A DNA stretch of 63,564 nucleotides, counting the filler, from Reclinomonas americana ATCC 50394 (lineage: Eukaryota), in assembly GCA_048213135.1 (NCBI GenBank). It is 9 parts of 9 records of this genome, joined end to end, with 100 filler letters (N's around TTAATTAATTAA, not from the genome) between each part and the next. Parts side by side here need not be neighbours in the genome. Positions count along the whole stretch, not along the records: positions 1 to 2,313 come from AFZH01016769.1; positions 2,414 to 8,712 come from AFZH01016771.1; positions 8,813 to 14,368 come from AFZH01016772.1; positions 14,469 to 15,633 come from AFZH01016774.1; positions 15,734 to 35,391 come from AFZH01016775.1; 4 more parts are not named here. One strand, written 5' to 3'. This document shows, one piece after another, positions 1 through 16,100 of this stretch (positions are counted from its first letter, which is position 1; each line of letters begins with the position of its first letter). The position numbers and the translations under genes were made by a program. The notes beneath the pieces are model-generated. The model made no database searches. It saw only the letters and a list, made by a program, of their open reading frames with translations, and had not been told where the DNA came from.

Positions 1-1951
1 TTTGTAGTTGAACCCCACTGTTCACCGCCTGGTGGCTGATCACGGCGCCGGTACTGGTCGTGCTCGACTTCCACCCACGCAGGAACAGTTGCACCGACAC
101 GGTGTTGGCCAGCAGTCCGTTCGGCGTGTCCACCGTCACCAGGCTAATGGTTTGCGTCAGTGAGGCCGACGTGTGTGACGTCTCTGTGGTGTGCGACGTG
201 TGTGTGTGATACAAGCCGCAGGCACAACGAGCAACAGCAACAACACAAACCGCCTGCCAACAAGACAAAGCCGCTGCGATTCGAGGCATCTTCACGTGCC
301 GGACCAAACGCATACCGCGCATACAAACTCTCCACTTGCGCGTCGCCGGTGACGCGGCCGAGAATGTCACCCTTCGTGTGAGTGACAGACCCGTGCGACA
401 GCTCGAAGCTGTCGGAGAGCGTGGAACCACTTGTGTCGTTCAGTTTTCGTCGTCGGGCGTGCACACCCGACAGCGCCACCGCCAATGTCGGAACAGAGGC
501 AAAGTGGTACACGGCAGTCACATTGTGCCTCTGTTCATGCGATCTCTCCTCAGGAACGAAAAAGTGCGGCGTGCGCAACCCAGCTGCTCACGTACCTCAA
601 GCACGGACTTGTTGCTTGTGGCGGCGAGCCATCCCCTGTTGCGCAGCTGCTCGGCGTGCGCCCAGGAGAAGGCGTCCGAGTGGTGCACGTAGTAGGCGAG
701 GTATGCTACACACACACCAATAAACCAGCAATGAGAAACTCCTCCTCCTCCTCCTCCTCTTCCCCATCATCATCATCTCCACGCACTCAATTCAATCTGC
801 GGCGCCGCAGCGCCCACGGCAGTCGTCACCAAGCACGGCACCGACATCTGCTTGGTGCCCGTCACTGCCGGCTCGCCGCAGTACACGTTGGAGTCACTGC
901 CGGCATCACTCGTGAACTGAGTGAGACCAACGAGAACACGTGGTGTGGCAAAGAATGCACGCGCAAATGTGTAGGTGTACGTGGTGAGAGTTGATACGAC
1001 ATCGGCGCTACGCGGCGCAATGGACATGGTGCTGAACTTGGACGTCGCCGCGCCGTGGACAACAGTCGCTGTGCTCATTGCCGAAAGCTGCATCGCCGAA
1101 GACACGCTGGTCATCGGAACCTGGCCGACCAGCACCGAGAGGCCCGACACTAGCAGATAGCCAGTCGACGTGTATAATCTGTTGTTGATGGCCACACACA
1201 GTTTCGCCGAGGCACCACCGGTCGGCGAATTCGGAGTCACGGACAGAGTAAAGTGCGAGCAGCCACCACCAGCGGTCGCCTTGCACTGCGACGGCCCCAC
1301 CACCGTGACCGCAACGCCGACACCGTCGAGCACCGACTCATAGATTGCCGTGGAACTGCAGTCGCTCTCTACGGCCACCGCCTTGAACATGGTGCACGAG
1401 TTGAAGTCGCGAGTGGGCGAGCCAATGTGAACCGTGTTGGCGCGTCCAAATACCAAGATTTGCGGGCTGACAAAGGACACCTCAGGAGCTGACGGCAGAG
1501 GGTCCATCAGGATGAGGGGGCCGTAGGAGAGAAGGACCAGTGGCGAGACAGAAGTTGTCGGCTGAAATCTGTTGAAGGGTGGTGTGAGTGCACGCGATGC
1601 CTGGGGATCGATGATGACAGCGAGGCCAGACCGTCCACACAGGTAGTAGACACCGGGTGAAGGCACCAGGCAGGTGCCAGATGCGCTTGCACCGAGTGAC
1701 GGTGAGCCGACGACACTCGCCGTCGCAACAGAAAACAAAAGTTGTGTGTTGGAGATGCCGCCCGGACGGAGTACGACAGAGGTGGAGCTTGCAGTCGAGC
1801 CGGAGCAGTCGCTGGCGGCAAAGAGGCCGAAGCTGCCGGTGGTGGTATCCCACGTCACGAGGGATGGGAAGTGGTCGCCTTGGATCGTCAGCGACAGCGA
1901 AACGTGACCCGTGCGCAGCACTCTGGGTGCTACAGAGTCGGAGAGCGTGAC
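1..1951 (-). CDS. Partial spliced gene: beta-rich protein with tandem H-type-lectin-like repeats (5' end lost toward the gap at 2314; 3' end runs off the window)
   Basis: Large exon of about 787-1951, then GT-AG introns (about 709-786, 530-594, 187-250) that keep the frame open. The segments YTFARAFFATPRVLVGLTQF...IELTYLA and YHFASVPTLAVALSGV...VESLYARYAF resemble the F-x-x-x-F-x-x-x-P-x-V-x-V-x-L pattern of H-type lectin domains. Family assigned by eye only. Confidence 0.45.
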
Positions 1952-2313
1952 TGCAACGGGGGGAGAGGATGAGTTCATGCATAGAAGAGAAAGAAGTGAC
2001 AACTGGCAAGAGCATAAGACAAATGCGGATAGACAAAACGAGAAAGACACGAGTGGCAGGTGGAGAACAAGAGATGCAGAGTAGGCGGAGCATGAAAGAC
2101 GAGGAGAGAAGAGAGAGAAGAGAGGAGAGGGAGAGGGAGAGGAACATGCAATGGAACTCTTTCCTTCCTTCCCAGAGAACTGAGATGCAGAGAAGTCAGA
2201 GCACACGAGCACGAAAGATAGAAAAGCAGTGACGGACGAAAGCATGGTATTGGGAGAGCAGTGTGTGTGTGTGTGAGAGAGAGAGGAACAGACAGTGGAG
2301 CTCTTTCTCTCTC

Positions 2314-2413
2314 NNNNNNNNNNNNNNNNNNNNNNNNNNNNNNNNNNNNNNNNNNNNTTAATTAATTAANNNNNNNNNNNNNNNNNNNNNNNNNNNNNNN
2401 NNNNNNNNNNNNN
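2314..2413. other. Unsized 100-bp scaffold gap with TTAATTAATTAA spacer (spacers at 2358, 8757, 14413, 15678, 35436, 52977, 55477, 60005)
   Basis: The same palindromic 12-mer sits in the middle of each 100-bp N block and puts stops in all six frames. SelO, GH31, VPS13 and eIF3m continue collinearly across such gaps. Confidence 0.97.
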
Positions 2414-2794
2414 GAGAGAGAGAGAGAGAGAGGTGGGATGAGAGAGCACGTGAAGCAAAGGACATTCGACGTGAGCCACGACGCGGCAGCAGGCACAAAC
2501 ATCGAAGTGGAGTCCAGGATGAGAGGAAAGAAGCGCAGCGGAGCACTGTGCCGTGTACGTGATCCCTTGCCAAGAGAGCGCATAAGCCAGGCGTGCGTCA
2601 CAGAAAAGAGAGCTCAAGAGAGAAACACTGACATCATTGCCCATGCAATATTGACACACGAAAACAACAAGAGCGGCATTGAAGCACGACACACACTCCT
2701 AGGCATGGGTGTTCTCCAACGGCTGATCACATACGAGTACAGTCAGTGACGAGTGCGAGAAGAAATTCATTCGCCACACAAAAGCGCCGCGCAA

Positions 2795-3436
2795 TCACAA
2801 TCCAAACTGCTCAAACTCTCCCTGACCGCCAGATCCCGGCGGAAGCAGAGTGTGCGCGGCCTTGCTGCCCTTTCCGTCTTCCTCGCTGCAGTGTCCGTGC
2901 TGGAGTCCGACAGTGCCCTCGTCTCCCACCACAGTGGCCACACCAGCTCCGTCAAAGTTGAAGTCCACTGCAAGACGGCAACACATCAGAGACAGAGAAG
3001 AAGAAGGAGAAGAGAGAGAGAAGGCAGACGCACTCTTCACGCTCTTGAATTCGAAAAGTTGTTGCGAGAATTCGTCGATCATGACAGAGCCTGAACCGAA
3101 CACGAGAACATTCCTGCTCTCCTCTCTCCCTCCTCCGCCCAACACACACTCACCTGCCTATCACCACACACATACACGCGCGCGCTCACACTTACACTTC
3201 ATCGCGCATCTGTCTGACTCTTTTGTGCAACAACATCATTTTTACCCCGTTCATTCACTCTCTCACTCTCATCATTTACACGGCATCTCCACCAACACCA
3301 ACAACTCCTCATTGCCTCCGTCGTGGTTGTGGTCACCCATCGGCACCAGCACTTCCAGGTTGGAATTGGCGGGCACAATGATTTCAGCGGTGCATTGGTC
3401 GGAGATGATGGCGCTGTCAAAGTTCAAGCCTTCCAT
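2795..3436 (-). CDS. Small hypothetical protein (about 130 aa, spliced)
   Basis: The ATG at 3436 gives MEGLNFDSAIISDQCTAEIIVPANSNLEVLVPMG. A clear GTGCGT...TTGCAG intron (about 2968-3033) joins SVMIDEFSQQLFEFKSVK to MDFNFDGAGVATVVG...FEQFGL*. Splicing between 3091 and 3280 is ambiguous and no family was recognised. Confidence 0.5.
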
Positions 3437-3562
3437 GGCAGCAAGCCGCCAACGAACGCACGCACACACACACAACACACACGCGCGCGACGATGAGACT
3501 GCGTGTGGGAATGTGCGAGCAATGTCCGTTACCGTTTGTGTGGCATTGTGCGAGAGAAAGAG

Positions 3563-6500
3563 ATGGGCATCTCGACGTCGTTTGAGTCGCTGTGGGCACT
3601 GTGTGATCCCTCCACTGGCACTCTCCATGTGCATGGAGTGGTGCCACCTCATAAGAGGTTCGCCAAACACACTCACGCAAGCACAAACTCTCTCTCTCTC
3701 TCTCTCTCTCAAAAGCACACACACTAACACGCTCCTCTCCTTGTCACTCACTCGCTCGATCACCATCCCTTCCCTCCCTTCCCTTCCCTCCTGTCTCCTT
3801 CCCTCTCTCGTTTACTCCCCACTCACTCACTCTCTCTCTCCTCACTCTCTCCTTCTTCTCCCTCCCCTCCCCATCTCCGTCCCTCTCCCCTTCCCCTTCC
3901 CTCCCTCCCTCTCACTCACTTGTTTCCCGCAGACCGGCACTTCACGCAGTACTGGACGCCATTGATGCCGAATGCAGTGACGTGGTGCACAAGGTTCACT
4001 CCCTTGCCATTCTGCTGCCGCTTTCCATCACGTTTCATCTCACTCAGGCGACGAGTGCAGATTACGTTGCAGGTCACGTACAGCAACTTTGTGCCGGTGC
4101 GCAGTGCGTTGAGTGGTTGGCGCTTCTCCGATGGTCAGTGGCGACCGCTGTTACAGCGACCGCCTGACTTTAAGCGATTGTGGGATGCTCCGAGACCACC
4201 CAGTGCAGCGGATTGCAGGTGGGAGAAAGGAAGAGGGAAGAGGGAAGAGGGAAGAGAAGGGAGAGGGAAGGGGGAAAGGGGGGAGGAAGAAAGAGGAGAT
4301 AGGAAGTTTCTCCTGCTTGATGTCGCTGTGCTCCGTACTGTCGCTATGCTCCTATCGTCGATATGCTCCTTGTCGTCGCTGTGCTTCTTCTGATCGTTGT
4401 GCTCCTTGTCGTCGCTGCGCTCCTCGTCGCCACTGCTCTCCTGGTCATCGCTGTGCTTCTTGTCGTTTCTATGATCTTTGTCGCCGTGCTCCTTGCTGTA
4501 CTGTTCTCTTTGTCGTCAACTCTCCTCGTTGTCAGTGCTCTGCTTGTCATCGCTGTTCTCCTTCCTGACGCTGTGTTTTTTGTCATCGCTGTGCTCCTTG
4601 CCTTACTGTTCTCCTTGTCGTCGCTGTGCTCCTTGTCGTCGCTCTTCTCTTCATTGCCACTCTTCTCCTTGTCGTTGCTGCGCTCCTTGTCTTCGCTGTG
4701 CTCCTTGTCGTCGCTGTACTCCATGTCGTCACTGTGCTCCTTGTCATCGCTGGTCTCCTTGTCGTCGATGTGCTGCTTTCATCTCACTCCGCTCCTTGTT
4801 GTCACTCTTCTCCTTGTCGCCTCTCAGCGCCCCCTCTGGCAACCTTGTGGAACTCCTGGCGTCACAAGTGGATACGCAACAAGCAGCGGCAGGAAAGAAG
4901 AAGAAAGCCCTCCGACTTGTCACCTACAACGTGTGGTACGATCGGCGAGAGACCAAGGCACGCATCAACGCCCTTTTGCGCATCGTGGCCCGCGAAGATC
5001 CCGACGTGGTGGCCTTCCAGGTCCGTGTGCCCACCACACCTCCTCCCTGTGTCAACTTGCTTGTCTCATTTCTTGAGTGACTGGCAGGAGGTGTCATCCA
5101 CCGCCATGAAGGTTCTGTGCGAGAACAAGTTCGTGCAGCAGAACTACGACCTGTCGGAGATTGGTGGAGCGTCGTTTGAGCCATACGGACTGGTGATGTG
5201 CGTCAAGCGGAAACACCATGTTGTCTCGGTGGCCAGATACACGTTGCCGACGGTGCTCGTTGAGTATGCAGGAGGGAGGAAGGGAGGGAGGGTTGTCACT
5301 CGGTGTCTCGTGAGTCACGACTCCTGTGCCTCTTGCACGCTTTCTCTCCGCGCCACTCCCACTCTCTCCTTCGTTTTCGTCGGCTTACATTCCTGTCTCT
5401 CAGGACCGCTACCTGCTTGTAATGTGTTTGGAAACCGCTGATACACACACCCGTGTGTGTGTCGGCACTGCTCAGCTGGAGAACTTGGCATTGCAGCAAA
5501 CGGTACGTATTCTTGTCTGCTGTCATATGTTCTCCTCTTCCTCTTCGCCCTTCCCTCATTTCCTCCACTCGCTCTTCTCCTTCTCTCTTGCACTTCTTGC
5601 TGCTCTCTTGTCGCTTTCTCTCTCGCTGCTCCTCCTCTCGCTGCCCCTTTCTCTCTTCTCCTTTCTCTCTCCCCCTTTCTCTCTGTTCTTACTCGCTGTC
5701 CCTTTGTCTCGCCCCTTTCTCTCCCCGCCTGTCACTGGTCCCCCTTCTCGCTCCCTCTCGCTCTCCCTTTTCACCTCTCCCCTTGCACTCTCCCGTTTTT
5801 ATCTCACATTTCTCTCTTTCCCCTTACCACTCACCCCTTCACTATCCTTTTCTCTCCCACTTTCCTCTCACCCTCTCCTCCCTTTCTCTCCCTCCTCGCC
5901 TTCTCCTTCTGGTCCCCTTTCCTCCCCTTCTCACCCACCCGCCCTCTCAGCGACGCGAACAACTCAACGTGGCCTACGACATCCTGCGCAAATCACGAGC
6001 GGAAGTCGCCGTGCTGATGGGCGACTTTAACTTTATGAGCGAGTCGGAGAGCAAGTGTCTGCCCATGGACTTTGTGGACGCGTGGCGCGCAGTGCACGTT
6101 GGCGAGTGTGCAACGGGCATTCATGCGGTATCTTTTATTCGCTCCCCTAATATCTTCGCTGGCACGAGGTAAGCTGACGTGTTGCATAGAATGCCGGTCG
6201 GGGAAGCCAGTCCAGTTTCGCTCCGCTGGAGAGTCACGTTGGAGTGCCGGAGGCGGCGCCCAGGTAGAGTGATGTGGGAGGAGTGCGAAGAAATTGTTGT
6301 CGTGATGCTAACTTGTCAAGTGTTAGATCGCAACACCGGTCGGTCGAGATGCCTCCGATTGTGCCTCTCGGGCAGATGGTGAGCCGAGCGTGCATTACTG
6401 CTCACTCTCCACACCTCCTCACTGCGTTTCTTTGTCTGCACAAGGATGTTCGGCCGTCGATGCAGTCGCTTGTCGAGAGGCGCATGCTCGAGCGGCGCAT

Positions 6501-7886
6501 GTCGGCACTGTTGACGCCCAACGACAAGGCCGCACAGGGCGGTAGCACGTACGACTGCTTCCGCAATCTCATGGCCAGCCAGCCGTACAGGTGCGGGAGG
6601 TGAAGTTCAAGAGAGAGAATTCACGCACTCTCTCTTGACCCTGTTGCACGCAGAGAACGCTTGGACCGCATCACCATCTGTGCCGACACGGTCATGGGCT
6701 TGAGCGGTGGCGAGGCACTGCCACTCACCAACCAGCAGAGTTCTGTCGCTGGAAGGTTTCGAGTCTCGTCAACAGCTGATCTCACCCCCACCGTCATTCG
6801 CCGCCACATGGCAGTGCGGGAGGAGCGATCGGTGGCCGCACAGCAGTACTTTGACGTGAAAAGTTGCATCGTTGTCTTCTGTCTCTCAACCCTTACCCTC
6901 CCATTGTACTGACTGGGCTTTTGGGTCGAACAGAGGCTTCTCAAGCGCACATTGACATTGACGACACGTGCGAAGAAGATGGTTTGCGAGACGTTGTGCA
7001 GATTTGTGAAGTGTGTGGTTGCTGACGTCCCCACTCGAGCATTAGCAGCTGAGCCAGTGGCATCCGAGTCGCTTCAGCGTCCACCACCGCCCCTGGTCTG
7101 CAGTCTTTCTCCCCCATGTATCGCCCTCCATCAGCACTGGTATTCACCACATATTCCACCCCACGCAGAGAAGCAGATCGAGTATGCAACCGCTCTCCAA
7201 GCAACGCAGCCTGCTGTCACGCATGCGTCCACTCGGTCGCATGCCGGCCGCTGAGGGTCTCGAGGGACCAGAGCCACCATCCGACTCGGTCTCCGACATG
7301 CGCTCGGCGTCGGTGGAGGACGTGGTGCGCACCGTGGGTCTCTTGTCGTGGGTGCCAACCACTGTCAAGGTACGTTCCGTTTGCAACTCACCTCGCTCAA
7401 GTCAATCGACTCACGTGGCGAGCTATCAGATGCTGGGAACGGAACCATTCGAGGACACCCGACAACGGTGCACACAAGACAGCGGAGAGAGTGTATGTCT
7501 GGGAGCCAGCATGGCGGTCGACGACACCGACGACAGCGAAGAATCGCGCGAGAGACGAGCACTCCGCGAAGAAACCATCCGGTATGACCGCCCTTGCCGG
7601 TGCCCACTTTCCTTTGCCATCCCTCATTTCCCTGTGTGCCACGCAGCTTCCTCTACGGTCTCTACACAATCACCCGTTGCATGTTACTTGCTGCTGACTT
7701 TGGCGACTGACTGGCGATTGCACAGGTGCCAAGATCGAAGGTCCTCTGTGGGTCTCGGACCAGTTTCGTCGCACCACGATCTGCTTGTCGCAGCAGCCAC
7801 GAGTCTGTATCCTCACACTCAAGTTGCTGCACAGCTTCGGCCTGTCTGTCGAACTGGAGCAAGTCGCTGTCAACAACAGTCAATGA
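3563..7886 (+). CDS. Endonuclease/exonuclease/phosphatase (EEP) family protein, TDP2-like, with large insertions
   Basis: Spliced motifs in the expected order: LVTYNVW, DPDVVAFQE, GTAQLE, VLMGDFN, FVDAW, STYD, RLDRI, KMLGTEP, PLWVSDHFGL. About 14 introns. Confidence 0.85.
4315..4825 (+). repeat. 18-bp degenerate minisatellite (about CTGTGCTCCTTGTCGTCG) inside an intron of the EEP gene
   Basis: The unit is directly visible many times and produces the spurious DDKEHS and LLVVA ORFs in the track. Confidence 0.9.
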
Positions 7887-8245
7887 ACGTCCACTCATGT
7901 CACTGTGTCACACAGCTTCCTTGGTCTCTAATCACTAGTAGTGCAGCTGCAGGTGCCAAGATCTCCTTTGACTGCAGCTGCTGCCACGAGTCTACTCTAG
8001 CCTTCATGCTTCGGCCCAGCTGTCGCACTGTGTCAACAATAGTCAATCAGCGTCCACTCATGTTCACAGCTTCCGGTCTCTGATCACCAGTTGCACCTTG
8101 TTTGCTGCTGAAGTGCGTTAGTAGTGCAGCTGCAAGTTCCAAGATCTCCTTTGACTGCAGCTGCTGCCACGAGTCTACTCTAGTACTCATGCAGCTTCGG
8201 CCGTGCTGCAAGTCACCAGTCCATGAACGTCCACTCATGTCCTCT
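7720..8245 (+). repeat. Three degenerate tandem copies (about 165-230 bp) derived from the last intron and exon of the EEP gene
   Basis: Recurring blocks: CCAAGATC (about 7729, 7956, 8139), GCCACGAGTCT, GCTTCGGCC, and CGTCCACTCATGT (about 7888, 8051, 8228). Confidence 0.8.
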
Positions 8246-8271
8246 CTCGTCGCTGTCAGTCACGTGGACGC

Positions 8272-12518
<4,247 letters not shown>

Positions 12519-12545
12519 GGCGGTGCGCTTCGGCTGCGCACCGCC
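12519..12545 (+). promoter_or_regulatory. GC-rich hairpin 9 nt downstream of the Sec UGA (candidate Sec redefinition element)
   Basis: GGCGGTGCGC (12519-12528) is the exact reverse complement of GCGCACCGCC (12536-12545). The loop can also fold as C(UUCG)G. Confidence 0.6.
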
Positions 12546-12569
12546 ATCCGGCTCTCTCTTCTCAGTCGA

Positions 12570-12676
12570 ACGCACACGCATGGAGTGTCTCCATCGAGTG
12601 ACGGTAACGCTGGCACTAGAAAAAAAGGCGGCAGCACATCGTGCCGCTCAGCCAGCGTCCTGATTCAAGTGTGCGT
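12570..12676 (+). promoter_or_regulatory. SECIS element candidate, GUGA-type core, form-2-like apex
   Basis: Helix I: ACGCACAC 12570-77 with GTGTGCGT 12669-76. Core: GTGAC 12598-602 with TGAT 12661-64. Helix II: GG(TA)ACGCTGGC with GCCAGCGTCC. A7 run at 12620-26. Ministem GCGGCA/TGCCGC. The core lies about 90 nt 3' of the UGA. Confidence 0.8.
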
Positions 12677-12759
12677 AGTAGGCATTGAGTTTGAGTGAGC
12701 GAGGCATGTACAATCACAGTAAAGAGAAAAGAAACTTGGCACTGGTCCAGGCTTGCCTG

Positions 12760-13125
12760 CGAAGCACGTTGCGGTTGTTGACCACCGCAACTTGCTGATT
12801 GAAGTGCGCCTCCTGGCGTTCCTCACGCGAAGAGAAAGTGAATTTCGAACACGTGGATCGACAATATCATTGCAGCAGTTGTCCCTCGCACCATCTTTTG
12901 AAGTCGCTGACCACCACTGCATTGTGCTCTCAACACTAGAACTTGCAGGTTGGAAGTACACCACGTGGTGTTCCTCTTGAGCACACGTGGAGAAAGTGTA
13001 TTTCGATCGCGAATTCGAACACATGCATGTACATCATTGCAGCAGTTGTCACTCGCACCACTGCCATGGCCACTGATCACCACGATAGCACACACATACA
13101 CTCTACAACACCCAACCTTCCCGTC
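12760..13125 (+). repeat. Degenerate tandem duplication (period about 170 bp) between SelO and GH31
   Basis: TTCGAACAC...ATCATTGCAGCAGTTGTC(C/A)CTCGCACCA at about 12844-12893 and again at about 13014-13060. Confidence 0.75.
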
Positions 13126-13190
13126 ACTGTAAACAAGCCGCGAGAAAAAAGACGCGGGAAAAGCATTGAAAAGAATTGACAGAGATCGAG

Positions 13191-16100
13191 ATGAGCAGCA
13201 GCGAGATCTCCTTCGACTCTGTGCAAGTGGTGGACCCGAGTGTGACCACACTCGAGCGCTCTCTCGCCTCTCTCACACATGCTCACTCGCCCACAAACAG
13301 CGCCTTCCACGGCAAGTTGTCTCATGAACACACACTGACACACACACACACACACACTCACTCACTCACTCACTCTCTTTCCCTCACTCACTCACTCACT
13401 CACTCACTCACTCACTCACTCACTCACTCACACACTCACTCACTCACTCACTCACTCACTCACTCTCTTTCCCTCACTCACTCACTCACTCACTCACTCG
13501 CTCACTCACACGCACACACACTCATTCACACACTCACACACTCACTCACTCACTCTCTCACTCACTCACTCACTCATTCACACACTCACACACATACACA
13601 CACACTCACTCCTTCACTCACACACTCACTCACTCCACTCACTCACTCACTCACACACACTCACCCTCTCTCACTCTCACTCTTCTCCTCCCTTCAGTGT
13701 TCCTGCGCTCTCGTCACTCGCAGCAATGCGCGCGAGTGTTCTTTGTGCGCACAGTGGGCGCGTGGCGAGTGTTGTTGTATCGACGACCGGCGGATGCGCA
13801 CAAGGACAGCAATGTGTTGGCGGAGGGCGCACTGGCCGCACAGTGTGCGCCTTTTCGTATGCAGGAGGTGGCCTCGGGAGGTGCTTACTCACAGTGAGAG
13901 TAGTAGGGGAGATTGTTGAATGGCAGTCACTCTCAGTTGTCTCTCACCTTTTCCCTCGCCTTGTGACTCTTTGCCGTTGTGCTCCTCTTCATTTGTCTCT
14001 CCATTCTTTTCTTCCTTCTTCTCCTCCCTCTTCTTCTTCTTCTTCTTCTCCTCCTCCTCCTCCTTCTTGTTCTTCTTCTTCGTCTTCTTCTTGTTCTTCT
14101 CCTTCTTCTTCTTCTTCGTCTTCTCCTTGTTCCCCTTCTTCTTCTTGTTCTTGTTCTTCTTGTTCTTCTTCTTGTTCTTGTTTTGTTCTTCTTCTTCTTC
14201 TTCTTCTTCTTCTTCTTCTTCTTCTTCTTCTTCTTCTTCTTCTTCTCTCTCTCTCTCCTCTCTCTCTCTCTCCCTACCCTCCGTCCTCCGTACCGTACCT
14301 ACTCCGTACGTTACGGTACGTACGTACGACGACACCGACCCGGACCGTACGTACGGTTAGGTACGGTANNNNNNNNNNNNNNNNNNNNNNNNNNNNNNNN
14401 NNNNNNNNNNNNTTAATTAATTAANNNNNNNNNNNNNNNNNNNNNNNNNNNNNNNNNNNNNNNNNNNNGAGAGAGAGAGAGAGAGAGAGCGAGAAGAAAG
14501 ATGTAAGGCGGCAGTGAATGCTCACAGTGAGGGTCGCAGACCGATGGGCAAGTGTTGGCTGGCGGGTGGACTGTGCGCTTGGAGGATCGACCGGGTCGCT
14601 GCTACTATGGTGGGTGCAAGGGTCGGCAAATAGTTGCAAGTGAGGATGTGCATCTTAATAGTGTTCAACAGGCACTGGAGAGCGCACTGGCCCGCTGAAT
14701 CGTCGCGAGACGGTGTGTATCTGCATGCTTGCGAGCAACGAGCTGATGTGACTACTCATCGGCGTCGCCTCACTGCAGGTCAACGAGAACTGGAGCACCG
14801 ACTGCTGGATGAATCTGATTGAGAACACGCAGTATCAGGTGCACCCGTTCGTAATGAGCATCGAGGAGTCGCATCAGACGCACGCCATTTTCCTGGACGA
14901 GTCGTGGCGATCCGTGTTTGATCTGGTTTGTGGTGTTCGGCGTGCTGTTGACCCCTGCACAACGCTCATGATGCCCACCGACAGACTGCAACCGAGACAA
15001 CGGCCAGCACAATTCAAACATTCGGTGAGTGGGCACGTCATCTCTCTCTCTCTCTCTCTCATCCACACCCACTCACTCACTCACTCAGCTTCCTCTTTCA
15101 GTGTGATCTTTGTCTCCGCTCATTCATATCTTCATTGACCGCCATCTCCTGCCACATGTCAATCTCCATCACTCGTGTTTCCTCACTGTTGCTTTGTTGT
15201 CCTTCTCCCTTTTCTCTCTCAATTGTTTTCCCCACTCTCTCTTTCTCTCGCCACCCTGCTCTCTCAATTGCCTCCCTCGCTCTCTCTCTCCCCCTTCTCC
15301 CTCTCATCCACACCCACACTCACTCAGTCAGCTTCCTCTTTCAGTGTGATCTTTGTCTCCGCTCATTCATATCTTCATTGACCGTCATCTCTCCTTCGTA
15401 CCACATTACAATCGCCATCGTTCGTGTTTCCTCACTGTTGCTTTCTTGTCCTTCTCCCTTTTCTCTCTCCATTGTCTCCCTCCCTCTCTCTCTCTCTCTC
15501 TCTCTCGTCTACCTTCTTACCCTTACCCTACTCGCCTCCTTCCCCGTTCCCGTCCTACTCCACGTCGTCGTCTCGTCGTCGTCGTTCGTTCTTCTTTATT
15601 TGTTTCGGTTGTTCCGGTTCTGTAGTACGTCGTNNNNNNNNNNNNNNNNNNNNNNNNNNNNNNNNNNNNNNNNNNNNTTAATTAATTAANNNNNNNNNNN
15701 NNNNNNNNNNNNNNNNNNNNNNNNNNNNNNNNNTCTTTCTTTCGTCCTTCCGTAGTTACTTTTCGTTCCTCGTCGTCGTACCGTTACCGACTACCGCCCT
15801 TCGGTCCGGTACCTACGCACGCCGTTTCCTTCTCTCCACTGTCTCCTCCCTCCTCTCTCTCTCTCTCTCTCTCGTCACCCTTGTACTTACCCCCTATCGC
15901 ATTCCCTCCCCGTTCGCATCCATCGTGCTCTCGCGTGCGTTGTCTTCTTATTGTTGTTGCGGCTTGTACTCTGTGCCTTGTGCATCTCCTCATCCGTCTT
16001 CACCTTTATCGTCGTTGTTTTGTTCTTCCTACCCTCCTTTCCCCCACCCTCCCCCCTTTCCCCCCTGATGGGAGGGAGGTAAGGAAAAGGGGAAGGGAAG

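Noticed and set aside
2750..3440. Antizyme-style frameshift gene
   Set aside because: There is no UCC-UGA-type shift site and no antizyme C-terminal motif in any frame.
4344..4724. DDKEHS-repeat ORF, and the many Leu/Ser/Pro-, Arg/Glu/Gly- or His/Thr-rich ORFs in the track
   Set aside because: These are translations of intronic mini- and microsatellites or antisense frames of real exons.
12665..13024. 119-aa ORF antisense to the SelO-GH31 spacer
   Set aside because: It overlaps the SECIS end and a degenerate tandem duplication, has no recognisable motif and shows no intron structure.
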